DNA from: Chloropicon primus
Lineage: Eukaryota
Assembly: GCA_023205875.1 (NCBI GenBank)
Contig: CP060754.1
Location: forward strand, 186,001-250,000
DNA length: 64,000 nucleotides
Reading direction: 5' to 3'
Made by a program: the position numbers and the translations under genes. Positions 18,906 through 30,858 of this stretch are shown piece by piece. The first letter of the stretch is position 1. Every line of letters starts with the position of its first letter. The notes under the pieces are model-generated. The model was not told where the DNA came from. It saw only the letters and a list, made by a program, of their open reading frames with translations, and ran no database searches.

Positions 18906-19748
18906 TCACCCGCTGTCATCGTCACTCGAGCCGTAGTCCATCAGGGCCGCCAACCCCGTGTTCTGCGCCTCTTCGGTCTCCGTCTTGGCCTTCTTGACGA
19001 ATTTGGGAGTGGTTTTCGTCTTCACGGCAAAGCTCACCCCGAGAGACCTCTTCTTGGTTCTCGGTTCTGCTGCCGGCGCTGCTGGGGTCGCTTCTTCTGC
19101 ACTGTCGTCAAGTCGCTTGACGTTTTTCGCCCTCAGCACTCGGAGCTGGCGAACCTCCTCGTCCTCGTCCTCCTGCTGCTGGGCAACCTCCCCCTCCTCC
19201 CCGGAGCTCCGCCGGAGCGCAGCGATGACCTGGTCCGTGCTGATATTCGAATACCTGTTGTTCGCAGACTTGATCTCGTCCAGGGCATTGAGCTCCTCCA
19301 TCTCCCTCTTGCTGTCCAGCGCCCTGTTCTCCAGTGCCTTCATGGCATCCCCTTCCTCCTCCTCCTCTCTCTTCTTCTTCACAGAGTTCTCCTGGCGCTC
19401 TTTCTCCAGGTGGGGATCAAAGTTCCTCGAGGCCCCTTGCTCGCAGATGTAGTTGCTGTTCTTCGGGTCCGTCTTCATGGTTATCTCCCCCCCACACCGC
19501 GTGCACCGAAAGTAGAACCGATAGATGCGAAGCCCCAAGTACGTTTCACCCTCCACGTCTTCCTTGCGACTGTTGAATTTGGTCCCCTTGTAGATGTAGT
19601 TCCCACACGTCCCGCACCGCAGGCTGAAGGGAAGCATCATCCTCACTTTGATCTGCCTCGAGTCATCCTTCTTCCTCTTTACACGCTGAATCTTCGACGG
19701 GTCGAAGTCCGGCGGGTAGTACTTGTTCAAGACCTTCCTCTCACCCAT
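18906..19748 (-). CDS. YJU2: Splicing factor YJU2/CCDC94
   Basis: MGERKVLNKYYPPDFDPSK...VRMMLPF..CGTC...GTKFNSRKE...CTRC..KTDPKN. Confidence 0.95.
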   Translation of the reverse strand: MGERKVLNKYYPPDFDPSKIQRVKRKKDDSRQIKVRMMLPFSLRCGTCGNYIYKGTKFNSRKEDVEGETYLGLRIYRFYFRCTRCGGEITMKTDPKNSNYICEQGASRNFDPHLEKERQENSVKKKREEEEEGDAMKALENRALDSKREMEELNALDEIKSANNRYSNISTDQVIAALRRSSGEEGEVAQQQEDEDEEVRQLRVLRAKNVKRLDDSAEEATPAAPAAEPRTKKRSLGVSFAVKTKTTPKFVKKAKTETEEAQNTGLAALMDYGSSDDDSG

Positions 19749-20007
19749 CTTCCTTTCCTATGAGCTTCTGTTCTGTTTTCCTTCCCTTCCCCCTCACCAA
19801 CCCTCTCCGCTTGTGCGTACACGCCCCAGACCGACCAACCCCTTCGCTCGCAAACCCAGTCTCCCCTCTCCTTCTCTCCTCCTGTCTCACCTGGGCTGGG
19901 CGAGCACTGGGCCTCGCCTCGGGCCAGTTGTGGATAAAGCAGTTCGGCTTTTCGAGGAGGAGAGAGGGAGAGGGAGAGAGAGAGAGAAGAGGGAGAGGGT
20001 TGCTGAG

Positions 20008-20739
20008 ATGGGAGGGGGAGTGAGACCGTCGAGGATGAGCCAGGTGTGCGGGTGCTCGAGCCAGGTGCGTGGTTGCGCCGCGAGGACGAGGAGAGGAGCG
20101 GAGAGGAGAGGGATTACGACAACGAGGGGGGGGCAGAGGTCAGGAGTGGTTTCGACAGCCAGCAGCTCGCCCGCGGAGTACGAGGGAGACCTCTCGACGT
20201 CTCTTCTTCTCGGACTGACCGATGAGGAGCTGGAGAACCTCGCCTCGGAGTACGAGTACGACATGGGCAACGGAAGTAGCGCGCGAGGGGTGAGTTTCGA
20301 GGAGGAGGAAGAGGTGGAGGACGTGGACCTCTTCTACGACGGGCTGTCGAACGAGGAGGCCGAGGCGGAGAGCAAGGAGTTCGCCCTCTCACTCGCGGAA
20401 GCTCTTGACGAGGTGAAGGTCCAGGACATCGTGCTGCTTCACGTGGGGCCCTGCGTCTCCTGGTGCACCTATTTCGTGGTCGCCTCTGTTTTCTCGAGAC
20501 CTCAACTCGAAGCGGCCTTGCACAGGCTCGTGAAAGCGGCCGAGGAGAAGCACGGGAGGAAGCTGGTGAACACCGAGCGCCCGGGCAAGACGGAGTGGGA
20601 GTGCATCGATTTTGGCGACGTCGTGATTCATGTCATGACACCAAGGCAGAGAGAGAAGTACGACTTGGAGGGGTACTACTCCAAGGCCGAGCTGACCGAG
20701 TACAAGGAGGGCAAGCTCGTCGCTCACGGAACGGCCTGA
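20008..20739 (+). CDS. rsfS: Ribosomal silencing factor RsfS/Iojap, probably plastid-targeted
   Basis: KVQDIVLLHV...YFVVAS...WECIDFGDVVIHVMTPRQREKYDLEGYY; Arg/Ser-rich N-terminal transit-like peptide. Confidence 0.9.
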   Translation: MGGGVRPSRMSQVCGCSSQVRGCAARTRRGAERRGITTTRGGQRSGVVSTASSSPAEYEGDLSTSLLLGLTDEELENLASEYEYDMGNGSSARGVSFEEEEEVEDVDLFYDGLSNEEAEAESKEFALSLAEALDEVKVQDIVLLHVGPCVSWCTYFVVASVFSRPQLEAALHRLVKAAEEKHGRKLVNTERPGKTEWECIDFGDVVIHVMTPRQREKYDLEGYYSKAELTEYKEGKLVAHGTA

Positions 20740-20830
20740 GGCCAAAGGGGCAACGTGTGCAGAACTGAACCCGTAATATGTAAACACCTTGTCGCTATTA
20801 CTCTTGTCCTTGGCGTGTTTAGAAAACACC

Positions 20831-21697
20831 TCATCTCTTTATTCGCTGCTGACGCTTGTGCATCTTCAGTTTTCGCCTCTCGACGTCTTCGGGCAGCCGG
20901 AACGAGGCGTGCAGAAGAACCACGAGACCGACTAGGAGCAAGGACCTCGAGATGGAGGCCATCGCTTTCGATAAAAATACAATGATCCAGACTGTGAGGG
21001 TCACCAGAACAGACAGAACTTGGTACCGCTTGCTCTGCTTGTCCAAGCGTGTCCGGTCGGAGAACTGGCTGAACCAGTCCAGAATGGCTAAGATGACGAT
21101 GATACCAATCAGAGAGTCCGGCCTCTCGCAGCTGCGCCAAGGAAGGGTGAACGAAGAAAAGTTTTGTGTGAGCAAGAGCAATTGACCCCGAGTCCAAAAC
21201 GGTGCTGAGGTGGGCAAGGGAGAGACTTACAGCAAGCAGGAGACAAGGACTAGAGTGGTCCTCATGTAGTTCACCTGGTGTAGCGAGACGGCAGAGTCGT
21301 TCGTCAGCATTGGAGGTGAATCTCGCAGCAACTCGCTGGAATTCTCTCGCACCCCCGCACCCAAAAGGATCAATCCGTTCGTACGACTTACTATGTAGCG
21401 AGAGGCGTTGTCATCTATCCTCTTCCTAATCTCAAGGGTGTCCCCCGTGAGCCCGTATGAATGCTGCAGGCCGGACTTAAACCCCAAGAAGTCCACCCAC
21501 TCCCTCCCCTGGCTCGTGAGATCATTTATGGTCAGAGCGTTTAGCTTGGGCCACTGAAAACCCCTTCTGGACGTTCCAGGCCCTTCCCCGCCCGGAGTGT
21601 TTCTGCTCCTCCTCGTCACCTCTTCATTCACCCACTTGTTGAAGGCACCTTCCGGCACCGCTATACTCAGCGGGCTCGCCTTGAACCCCGGCCCCAT
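20831..21697 (-). CDS. PRA1 (prenylated Rab acceptor) family protein, 3 exons
   Basis: Introns 21275-21391 and 21132-21230 give RIDDNASRYI|VNY, hydrophobic hairpins and VVLLHASFR. Confidence 0.75.
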
Positions 21698-21850
21698 AAC
21701 CCCCCCCCCGCTACCACCACCACTGTTACACACACACGCGAGCAAGCGCGAACCCAACCAACCTCTTTCTCCAGGGCGGGCTTATCTCATCCACTCGCCA
21801 GTGTGGGTGTGGAGCGGGGGCTCGAGAGAAGGGAGGAACGAAGGAGCGGG

Positions 21851-23016
21851 ATGCAGGGCGCGAGGAGTGTTTGCGGGAGGAGGGAAGGCGTCTTCGGGAT
21901 GAGGGGTGTGTGTGGAGGGAGGAAGGCCCCGGCCCTGAGGACGAATGGGGCGAAAGGAAGAAGTGTGACGTGCAAGGCGAAGAACACGGGGGCCTTGGAA
22001 GCCAAGCTCGAGAGCGCGCGAGGGAAAGTCGTCGTGGTCGATAATTACGACAGCTTCACGTATAACCTCTGCCAGGTGAGTTCTCTCTCGCTCTCGCTCT
22101 GTCTGTCTCCCCTCCCTGTCTCCCTCCACCCTGCACCCCGCGAGTGAGCGCGGTCAAAGCCAGACTCAAATTGTTTCAGCAAAGCCTGTGGGTTCTATGT
22201 ACTGAGCAGACATCTATTCTAGTACTTGGGTTCTTTGAAAACGGAGTACGTCGTGTTCAAGAACGACGAGGTGACAGTCGACCAGATCGATGACGCAAAG
22301 CCTCGTGGGATTCTCGTTTCTCCTGGTCCCGGCACTCCCGAGGAGTCTGGGATATCGCTCGAGACGGTGGAGAAGTTGGGGCCCAAGTTTCCTCTGTTCG
22401 GTGTCTGCATGGGACACCAGTGCATTGGACAAATCTTCGGGGGTAAGGAATTGAACTCGACCCATTCAATTCTCTCGACGGACCTTCTCTTTCCCCCTCG
22501 CACGGCGCCCTGACTTGCCTTCTCGCTGTCCCTTCCCTCCAGGAAACGTTATTAGGGCGAAGTGCGGGGTTATGCATGGAAAGACCTCCCCAGTGTTTCA
22601 CAACGACACCGGGGTTCTCAAGGGACTCTCAAGGTGAGGATCGGAGCAGGGGGCAGCGGTAACTTATTCGTCTTACGATTGCTCGATCATGCTGACCTGA
22701 CTCGTTCTCCCGCCCTGAAGCCCTTTTGATGCTGCGAGATACCACAGTCTGGTGATCGAGGAGGAGACGTTCCCCGAGGACCAGCTCGAGGTTCTCGGTT
22801 GGTGCGAGGACGGGACCATCATGGCGGTCCAGCACAAGGATATGAAACACATCCAGGTATGATCTCGCAACATCTCGGAGCAGAGAACTCGGCCACCAAG
22901 TCCTAACGACGACGTTCCGCTTTCCGCTTCCTTTGCAGGGCGTCCAATTCCATCCGGAGAGCGTCATCTGTCCGGAGGGCATGAAAATCGTTCAGAACTT
23001 TGTGGACAGCTTGTAA
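21851..23016 (+). CDS. trpG: Anthranilate synthase component II (beta subunit, class I glutamine amidotransferase), plastid, 5 exons
   Basis: Introns 22076-22222, 22443-22542, 22634-22720 and 22857-22938. Motifs VDNYDSFTYNL, SPGPG, GVCMGHQ, MHGKTS, RYHSL and GVQFHPES. Confidence 0.93.
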
Positions 23017-23166
23017 AGCGCATTCCAACCGAGTTCTCATTTAACTAATATCAACATCTTATGAACCATACGCATTCTTTCCAACTTCAACTTCACCACC
23101 GTCTCCCCCTCCTTTCTCTTCTCTCTCGTCTCACTCCACGCTGGCTGGCTGAGCACAGGAAATCCA

Positions 23167-23616
23167 ATGGACTTGCGCCTGTTCATACTGCGAGGTCAGG
23201 TTCTCAGCCTGTACAGGACAGCCCTGAGGACGATCCGTGTGGCGCAGCCGCACATACGAGGTAAGTTCGCTGGCGCTAGCTCACTCGTGACGCGGCTCCA
23301 ACGGCATCGCGCGCTCGTTGCTCGAGTTGCGTCGAACTCAGTGCCAATGCCACAGGAGCCTCTGACTCTCTCTCTCTCTCTCTGTTGTGTGTGCGTGCGT
23401 GGTTGCGTTTGCTGTCGCCATGCGCGGCCCTCCCTTTGTCGAAACCGGTACGCGATCGCGTTAGACGAGCTTAAGCAGCAAGTGAGGCACGAGTTCGTGG
23501 CTCACAGGTCACAAGCGGACGTCATCCAGATCAAGTACTTGCTGAGCGAGGGAAGGAAGAAGGTGAAGGAGCTTGACGAGATGCTGTGCGGGGTGCAGAC
23601 AACTCTTCCGCGCTGA
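23167..23616 (+). CDS. LYR-motif protein (LYRM2-like), 2 exons
   Basis: FILRGQVLSLYRTALR; intron 23261-23464; then DELKQQVRHEF...IKYLLSEG. Confidence 0.85.
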   Translation: MDLRLFILRGQVLSLYRTALRTIRVAQPHIRGKFAGASSLVTRLQRHRALVARVASNSVPMPQEPLTLSLSLCCVCVRGCVCCRHARPSLCRNRYAIALDELKQQVRHEFVAHRSQADVIQIKYLLSEGRKKVKELDEMLCGVQTTLPR

Positions 23617-23661
23617 GACAACGAGTTAGAGTAAGAAATATGTACAATAAAACTTCGATAA

Positions 23662-25718
23662 TTAGGAGAAGCTGAAAATTCTCAGTGAGTAGAGAAGGTC
23701 CGCCAACGTATTGCAGAGGATTGGGGAAGTTGTTCTACAGTAGCTCAGCGTCTCGGCTTGGGCCATGATGTTGTAATTGTCGGCCGTGCCAGCAATGCCC
23801 TGCGTCTTGCTGCCTTCCAACAGTGTAAGCATGCTGTAGTGGATCTCACCAAATATGCTTGGGTTGTCTATCGGATCGAGGAGCCCGTTGTACTTCTCGT
23901 GGCTATTCAAGGCGTTCACGAAGGTGACACCCTTCTTGTTCTTGTAAGCCACCGAGACGCTTCTCGGCGGCTCGGTCTTCTCCTTGTCGAAGATCCTCGT
24001 CACGTCCTGGATCATGGTCCTGCCAAAATCGAGAATCTCCGAGATTCTCGCGAGGCAGACACCGCTGCCAGCTTCCTTGTTCCATTTTGAGGAAGATATG
24101 AGGAAACTCCTGCATATGCTGGCCATTTCTTCGCAGACCCCGTACTCGACCTCCTTGTCCTTTGGCGTGAGCTCCGTGAACTCACCGTCCTCGTCTACTG
24201 GCAGGAGGTTCAGGCCACACTCCTTCAAGGCGTTGAGAAGTTCCCTAGAGTTCATCTCTTTGTTCTCCAAGTGGCTCAGCCCTTTCAGTGGAGCCGAGGC
24301 GAGCTTCACGTAACCCTCTCCAACCTCGAACTCGAAGGAGATCCCCATGGACGTGCTCAGCGTCAGCATAACAGTGTTGCTTCCTCTCCCGCCCAAGGGC
24401 CGGATGAACCAGTCCGTGTAAGGGAAGCCAAGCGTCCTGCTCTGCAGAAGCGCAAGGCTGGTCAGGTGCGTCGTGAGGAAGGAGAGCTTATGCGTCCCGT
24501 CCTCTAGCTTGTCCAGCGTGACTTCTGAAATACCTTCCTGCTCCCAAGTCTGCCCGTCAGGATCCCACCAACCGACCAAGGGCTCGGGTTCCTTGTAAAT
24601 CAAGTTGCTCTCCAAGACGCAAGTCACTCGGATCGGAGGTATCGGCCCTGAATTCTGTCTCATCAAGCTTGGATCCGTTCCCGCTGGGGCGATAGGGTAG
24701 CTCAGGCAAGATATGTTCGTCGACAGGTGGTTCACTTGCCTGACCGTCCAAGTCTTTGTCTTCTTGATCGTCGGCGGCAAGCTCAGCAGGTCGAACGATA
24801 TCAGACCCCCTACGTTGATGTACTTGTTCTTGCTCAAGCGCTGAACGGAAATCGATGGTGGGACTTGCAATATCCTTACCGCGACGGTGGCAAGGGCAAC
24901 ACTCTTGGGAATCTCGGCCACGATGTCGAGATCTGGCATCTCTATCACCTTGACCCTTGGGTTTTTGTTGATGTTGATCCAGATCCCGCACTTGAGTCCC
25001 TTGCTCTTCTCGCACACCAGAAACTCGTTCTTCTCGTTTGGCGTCTTCGACGCGTACTGGAGGACGTAGGCATAAGCCTTGTCGATCAAGTCGGACGTCA
25101 GCTGCCTGAGAGAGTGGCTGTAGTCGCTCAGCCTGGCGACCTCCTCCTCGTCCTGCTTTTCCAGGGCTCGGTTGGCCTTGAAGGTGACCTCCTCCAATAT
25201 TTTCGAGTTCTTCTCGCACAGCTTGAACACGGACTCAAAGCTGTTGATCTTCTCGTCCCCGATGCTCCTGATGTAGTCCATCAGCTGACTGCTGTCGCTG
25301 GGGTCGGGCAGCTTGTTGCAGCTCGCGAAGCGGTTCCACGCGATGGAGTCATCTAGCTCCTTGTTGTACTTGCTCACGATGTTCAAATAGTTGTCGTGGT
25401 AGTCCTCGAAGGCAGCACTGTCGAAGGAAAGGAAAGGAAAGGAGAGGAAACGTCAGTGAGGCCCTCGTCTCCAAATTGCGCCCAATTCGCCCCACCCCGC
25501 ACTCACCTCTCTTCCTGGAGTCTGTCGCTCTCCTCCTGGAAGTAAGCCTCCTCCTTTGCTCTGCGCTCGGCTTCTTGCTGCTCTCGGAGGACACGCTCCT
25601 CCTCAAGTTTCTTGAGCCTCTCCTCCTCGGCAATGCGCGCGGCCTCCTCCGCAAGCCTTGCCTCCTCCTCTAACTGCGCCTTGGACTTCTTCTTCCCCTT
25701 CTTCCCCTTCTTCCCCAT
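23662..25718 (-). CDS. DNAI7: Axonemal dynein I1 intermediate chain IC97 / CASC1, 2 exons
   Basis: MGKKGKKGKKKSKAQLEEE, then an E/R coiled coil; intron 25418-25506; WNRFASCNKLPDP, GIWININKNPR, WWDPDGQTW, FPYTDWFIRP; C-terminal LRIFSFS. Confidence 0.82.
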
Positions 25719-25723
25719 CCTTC

Positions 25724-25757
<34 letters not shown>

Positions 25758-26027
25758 ACCTCCCCAAACACCTTTGACCTGTACGACGACGTAATTTTGC
25801 TTTCACCAGCCTTCTTTGAGTGACGTTACCCCCACAACGGCTAGCTCTCGCTTGAATCCCGCAAACGACAGTTGCGCTGCAGGGCCTGGCTGCAGGGTTG
25901 TCGGAGTCAGAGGACGGGCGACACACACGCGCGCACACACACGAACAAGCACACACACACGGGTGGTCAACCTCTCTCGTTGACGAACGAGGAAGGACGA
26001 GGTGACTGACGCGACGAGTTGGCAGAA

Positions 26028-28283
26028 ATGACGAGGAAGTCGCGAAACAGTATTCTCAAGCCGAGGAAACTCGAGGAGATGTTCGATAGCCTCAGTGAGG
26101 ACGAGGCCGAGACCGAGGTGGACGTGGAGGTGGACGTGGGCGGGAAGAGGAAGCGGGAGTCGACCGTTCCAGGGAAGATGGAAGTAAGTCTCGAAAGGTC
26201 TCGAGGCCAACGTCGCGCTCCGAGGAACGCACTCTGACAACTCTGAATTCACTGTTTTCGTTTATATTAGGTGTTGCTGAGGATCCGACCCACCCCCCAG
26301 GAGTCCTACCCCGAGTGCATTCACGCGACGGGGCCCAACAGCATAGCCATCTCGGCGCCAGAGAACCACATGGGGACGAAGAACGCGGAGAAGAGCCGAA
26401 TCTTTGCCTTCAGCAAAGTGCTCCAGGCCGAGACGACGAACAGGCAGCTCTTCACCAAGCAGTTCTCTCAGCGCGTGAACAACACTCTCTTGCCCACCAG
26501 CGAGTCGCTCGTGGTCTTTGCGTACGGAATCACCGCCACCGGCAAGACCCACAGCATGGAAGGGACCAGGGACGACCCCGGAATCATTCCTCAGACCATT
26601 CAGCTCCTGTTTCACAACAAGACGAACGAGGAGGAGGTTTCCATCTCCATGTACGAGATCTACAACGAGAACTTGTATGACATGCTCAACTACACCGCCG
26701 CGGGAAGCGCCAAGCCCCGGAGTCTCAAGTTGAAAGAGGACGGGTCGGGCCAGATTTGGATTCCTGGACTCAGCCAGAACCTGGTTGAGACGGCCGAAGA
26801 GGCTAGGCAGACTTTGATCAACGGGCTTGGGTATCGCAAGCACGCCGCAACGGGGATGAACAAGAAGTCCAGTCGCAGCCACGCCGTGGTGATGATCAAC
26901 ATTCGAAACTCCGTGACCAAGGAGTGGCAGTCGTCGATCTCCTTCATTGATCTGGCTGGAAGCGAAAGGCAGACGAGGACTGGGAACGACGGCATAAGGC
27001 TGAAGGAGAGCGTTGCGATCAACTCGTCTCTGATGACTCTGGGAAGGTGCTTGAAGGCCCTGAGGTGGAACCACGACAACAAGCAGAGGAGGAAGAAGCA
27101 CGTCCCTTTCAGGCAGGCGAAGATCACGCATGCTTTCAAGAACGCCTTCTTGGGCTCGGGGTCGACTGTGTTGATGGTCAACGTGAGCGCGAGCGCGAGG
27201 GACTACGACGAGACGGTGCATGTTCTGAAGTACGCCTCCCTTGCCACCGCCCTGCCCTGCTCCTCTCAGCCAAAGAATGCCTTGATGAACATTGAGCCTG
27301 CGGCCAAGAGGCAGAAGGAGACCGCCACCGCCAAAACGGAGAGCGACTCCAGGGCCGAGCCCGCGTACGTGTCCCCCCAGCAGGACGAATCCGAGCTGTT
27401 CGAGGAGAATGAGGAGCTGAACGATGAGATCGACCGCCTCAAGTCAGAGCTCTTCGAGTCAGAAAGGCGAGCCGCTGAAATGGAAGCCAGGATCAGGGAA
27501 GAGGTGGCCGAGGAGATGAGTGAGCTCCTCCGCGAAATGGAGAAGTCGTACCACACGCGCCTGGAAGCTGAAGTGACTGCTGCACGGAATGCGGCCTCAG
27601 CAGTTGGCAACACGAGCAAGGGCGCGATGGCAGAGATGAAGGAGCTCAAGGAAGAGTTGAAGCAGGCGGAACTGGAGCTCTCGAGCGCGAAGGGAGAGAT
27701 CGAGACAATCCAGCGGGCCAATGAGGAGAATGAGCACGCCCTCGTAGACAGTTTCAAGTCCCTGCTCGAGGAGGAGACAACGCAGCTCAAGGCAAACGCA
27801 GCGATGGAGAAGGAGACCTTGGAGCTTCAACTTGACAGGCAGAGGCAGGAGAACGAGGAGCTCAGGCTCAGGCTCAAGCGAATGAAGGAGGCAACCAGAG
27901 CAGCGCTACGAAGGTACAACGCGAACATGTCGCCGACCCCTCTCCTTGGCTCGCCCCTTGCGCTTTCCAACCTCTTGGTGGAGAGCGAGAAGGAGCACCC
28001 CAGCTCCGTGGGGGAGAAGGAGGCAAGCCAGCAGCAGGACGGGGAGTATGACGTGGACATGTCGGATTTTGTCATCAAGAACCCCTCCGCCTCGCTCTCG
28101 GAGAACGAGAATAATCCTGCTCAGAAGGAGAATTTGCCGGCCGCGGCCCAGGACGCGAAGAAGGGCAAGAAGAAGAAGAAGAAGCGCCCAGCGACGTCTC
28201 AGCTCGCTCACGGAACTCCGGTCGCCAGAAGGACGAGAGCTGGGAGGAGGGCGTGTGCTGCGATCGAGAATGTAAGAGTATAA
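26028..28283 (+). CDS. Kinesin, kinesin-6-like, N-terminal motor plus coiled coil, 2 exons
   Basis: Intron 26184-26270. LRIRP, P-loop YGITATGKTHS, NKKSSRSH, DLAGSER, SLMTLGRCLKALRWN and YDETVHVLKYA. Confidence 0.9.
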
Positions 28284-28301
28284 AGGTTTTTAGTATAATA
28301 T

Positions 28302-29693
28302 TTATCCACCGCCGATTCCGTAGTACTCGCGGTACCAATCCACAAAGCGCCTCAAGCCGGTCTTCAGGTCTGTCTTCGGCTGGTAGCCGAATGCCTCATA
28401 GGCTGCGGAGACGTTCGCATGCGTGGCTAGCACGTCCCCTGTCGCCGGCATCGGGACCACCCTCTTTCTGCCCTCCTTGCCCAAAATTTCCTCGAGGTTT
28501 TCCACCAGGGTCGTGACCGTCTCTGGGTGTGTGTTCCCCAGGTTGAAGAGCCGGTACGTCGCCTGCCCCTTCACGCTCGGGGGCGCGGTCTCCAAAGACC
28601 CTATGACACCAGCGACGATGTCGTCCACGTAAGTGAAGTCCCTCTGGACCTCCTCCCCGTTGGGGCCCTGGAAGATTTGTATCTCGGTCCCGTCCAGGAT
28701 GTACTTGGTGAAGAAGAAGTAGGCCATGTCCGGGCGCCCGTACGGCCCGTACACCGTGAAGAACCGGAGCCCCGTGAGGCTCATCCCGTAGATGTTGTGG
28801 TAAGAGTGCGCGATCATCTCGTTGGACTTCTTCGTCGCGGCGTACAGGCTCGCCGGGTGGTCGACCCTGTCCTCCTCCGAGAACGGGACCTTGGTGTTCA
28901 GGCCGTACACGCTGCTCGAGGAGGCGTACACGACGGGGAGCATGACTTTCATCTTCTTCACCGCCTCCAGGAGCGTGACGAACCCCAGGAGGTTGCTGTG
29001 GACGTACGCCAAGGGGTTCTTGGCCGCGTACCTCACCCCGGCTTGGGCGGCGAGGTGCAGCACGTGGGTGAAGGGGCAGGCCTCCAGGAGCTGGGCCACG
29101 AACTCCCCGTCCGCGATGTCGCCCTCGACCGTGTAAATCCCCTTCTCCAGGAGGATGCCCTGCCTCGCCCTCTTGAGGGACGTCTCGTAGTAGTCGTTGA
29201 AGTTGTCCAAGCCAAGGACCCCGTGACCCTGCTTCTGGAGCTCCAGGGCGGTGTGGAAGCCCACGAACCCGCCCGTCCCGGTGAGGAAGACCACGTGCTT
29301 GCCCGGTCCCCCCGTCCTGCACGAGGCCCTCGCCCTCTCGGCATCGAACACGCGCTTGAACGCCCCGGTGTCCGCCCCGCGGGGACCTTCCTTTCGCGTC
29401 CCTCGACCGGCGCTTTCCGGGGCGCCGCTCTTGGCCACCGCCCCGTGCAGGAAGGCCACCAGGAACGTCACGCCGAGGGCCACCACGATCAAGTACTGCG
29501 AGGGCACCCATCGAGACGGGAAGTGGAGGAAGGGTCAGCAGGAGAAACGGATCAGCCTCTCTCAGGATTTCGAAAACGAAAGAAGAGATCTTGGTGATCT
29601 GCCAGACCATACCTTGAAGTTCGCCCTCCCCGCCTCGTTACCCCTCCCCCCCCCTCTCATGGTTCGATTGTACTGCCGAACCCTCTGCCTCAT
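28302..29693 (-). CDS. GAE: UDP-glucuronate 4-epimerase, type II membrane, 2 exons
   Basis: ATG 29693 (or 29660); intron 29496-29612; TM segment; TGTGGFVG, HLAAQAGVRY, YASSSSVYG, YAATKK and RFFTVYGPYGRPDMA. Confidence 0.93.
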
Positions 29694-29926
29694 CGGACGC
29701 CCTCAGTCGCTCCTCAACTCGCCCCCAGTACGCAGCCCCCGTACACACGCACCGCCCTCCCCCTTTGCGCGCCAAGGCGTCGTCTTGGGGGCTGTCTCCC
29801 ACCAACTCAAAAATACCCCCCCAAAAAGAAAAATTGAAATTTTCCTTTTCCTTTTCCCATAAAAAAAAGCGATGAAAAAAAAATCTAGATCCCGCGGACG
29901 GACGCTGCAGACTTGCGAGGGGGACG

Positions 29927-30775
29927 ATGGCGACGACGGGGAGGACGATGGCGAGCCTGTACTTCATGAAGCAGGTGGAGACTCTCCTCGAGGACGCGGG
30001 TCTTCTGGAGCATTCCGCTCGCGGGGTCGGGACGAAGGCGTCCTTGCCTCGCCACGAGGACGTGATTTTCTCCAAGGTGGGCCAGCTGAGGCAGATGATG
30101 CACGTTAAGGCGGGGCTGGTGAGGGCTTCCGGGCGGCCCGCTCAGCGGCCCCCGCCGGCGAAGAGGCGGAAGGGGGTCTCGTTCGACTTGAGCGAGGGCA
30201 GCGTGGGGAACCTGAGCTCCGACACGGACGTGTGCATGGCTTCGATGACGACGACGACGACGACGACGGGGGGAGGGGGGGGGAAGAGGGTGAGGCACAA
30301 GAGGTGGACGGAGGAGGAGGAGGACGTCCTGGTCGAGGAGCACAAGAAGTTCGGGAGCTACCAGCGAGGGATGTGGAAGGTGATCGCCAAGAAATTTCCG
30401 GGGCGGACGGTGGAGAGCGTGCGAGATCATTGGCACCAAGCGGGAAAGTACAAGCCCAAGTCCAAGCTCGTCGCTTACCAGAAGAGCTTGGGGCAGGGGT
30501 CCGGGAGCAGGTGGACGGACGAGGAGGAGGAGACCATGGTCCTCGCGCACAAGCTGGCCGCCGTGGGCGGCCGGCGTGTGGTGTGGGCCGACATCACAAA
30601 GTGGTTCCCCCGGCGGAAACAGAAGCAGATAACCCAGCGATGGAAGAGGGCCCTGGTGAGCGACCCGAAGTCTCCCCTGCAGATCTACCGGGCGGAGCTC
30701 GCGAGGAAGGAGGGGGGGGACAGCGGGGCCGCCTCGAGCGACGGGACTCACGTTGAGGAGAGCTTGTGCTCCTGA
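29927..30775 (+). CDS. Myb/SANT-domain protein with two repeats
   Basis: RWTEEEEDVL...WKVIAKKFPGRTVESVRDHW and RWTDEEEETM...WADITKWFPRRKQKQITQRW. Confidence 0.85.
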   Translation: MATTGRTMASLYFMKQVETLLEDAGLLEHSARGVGTKASLPRHEDVIFSKVGQLRQMMHVKAGLVRASGRPAQRPPPAKRRKGVSFDLSEGSVGNLSSDTDVCMASMTTTTTTTGGGGGKRVRHKRWTEEEEDVLVEEHKKFGSYQRGMWKVIAKKFPGRTVESVRDHWHQAGKYKPKSKLVAYQKSLGQGSGSRWTDEEEETMVLAHKLAAVGGRRVVWADITKWFPRRKQKQITQRWKRALVSDPKSPLQIYRAELARKEGGDSGAASSDGTHVEESLCS

Positions 30776-30858
30776 ATCGTCGTTGATAAAGGAATGATTA
30801 ATTGTGCTACAGAAGATTACAAGAAAGGAATTGGTTTGTGTTCGAAGAACCCCCATGT

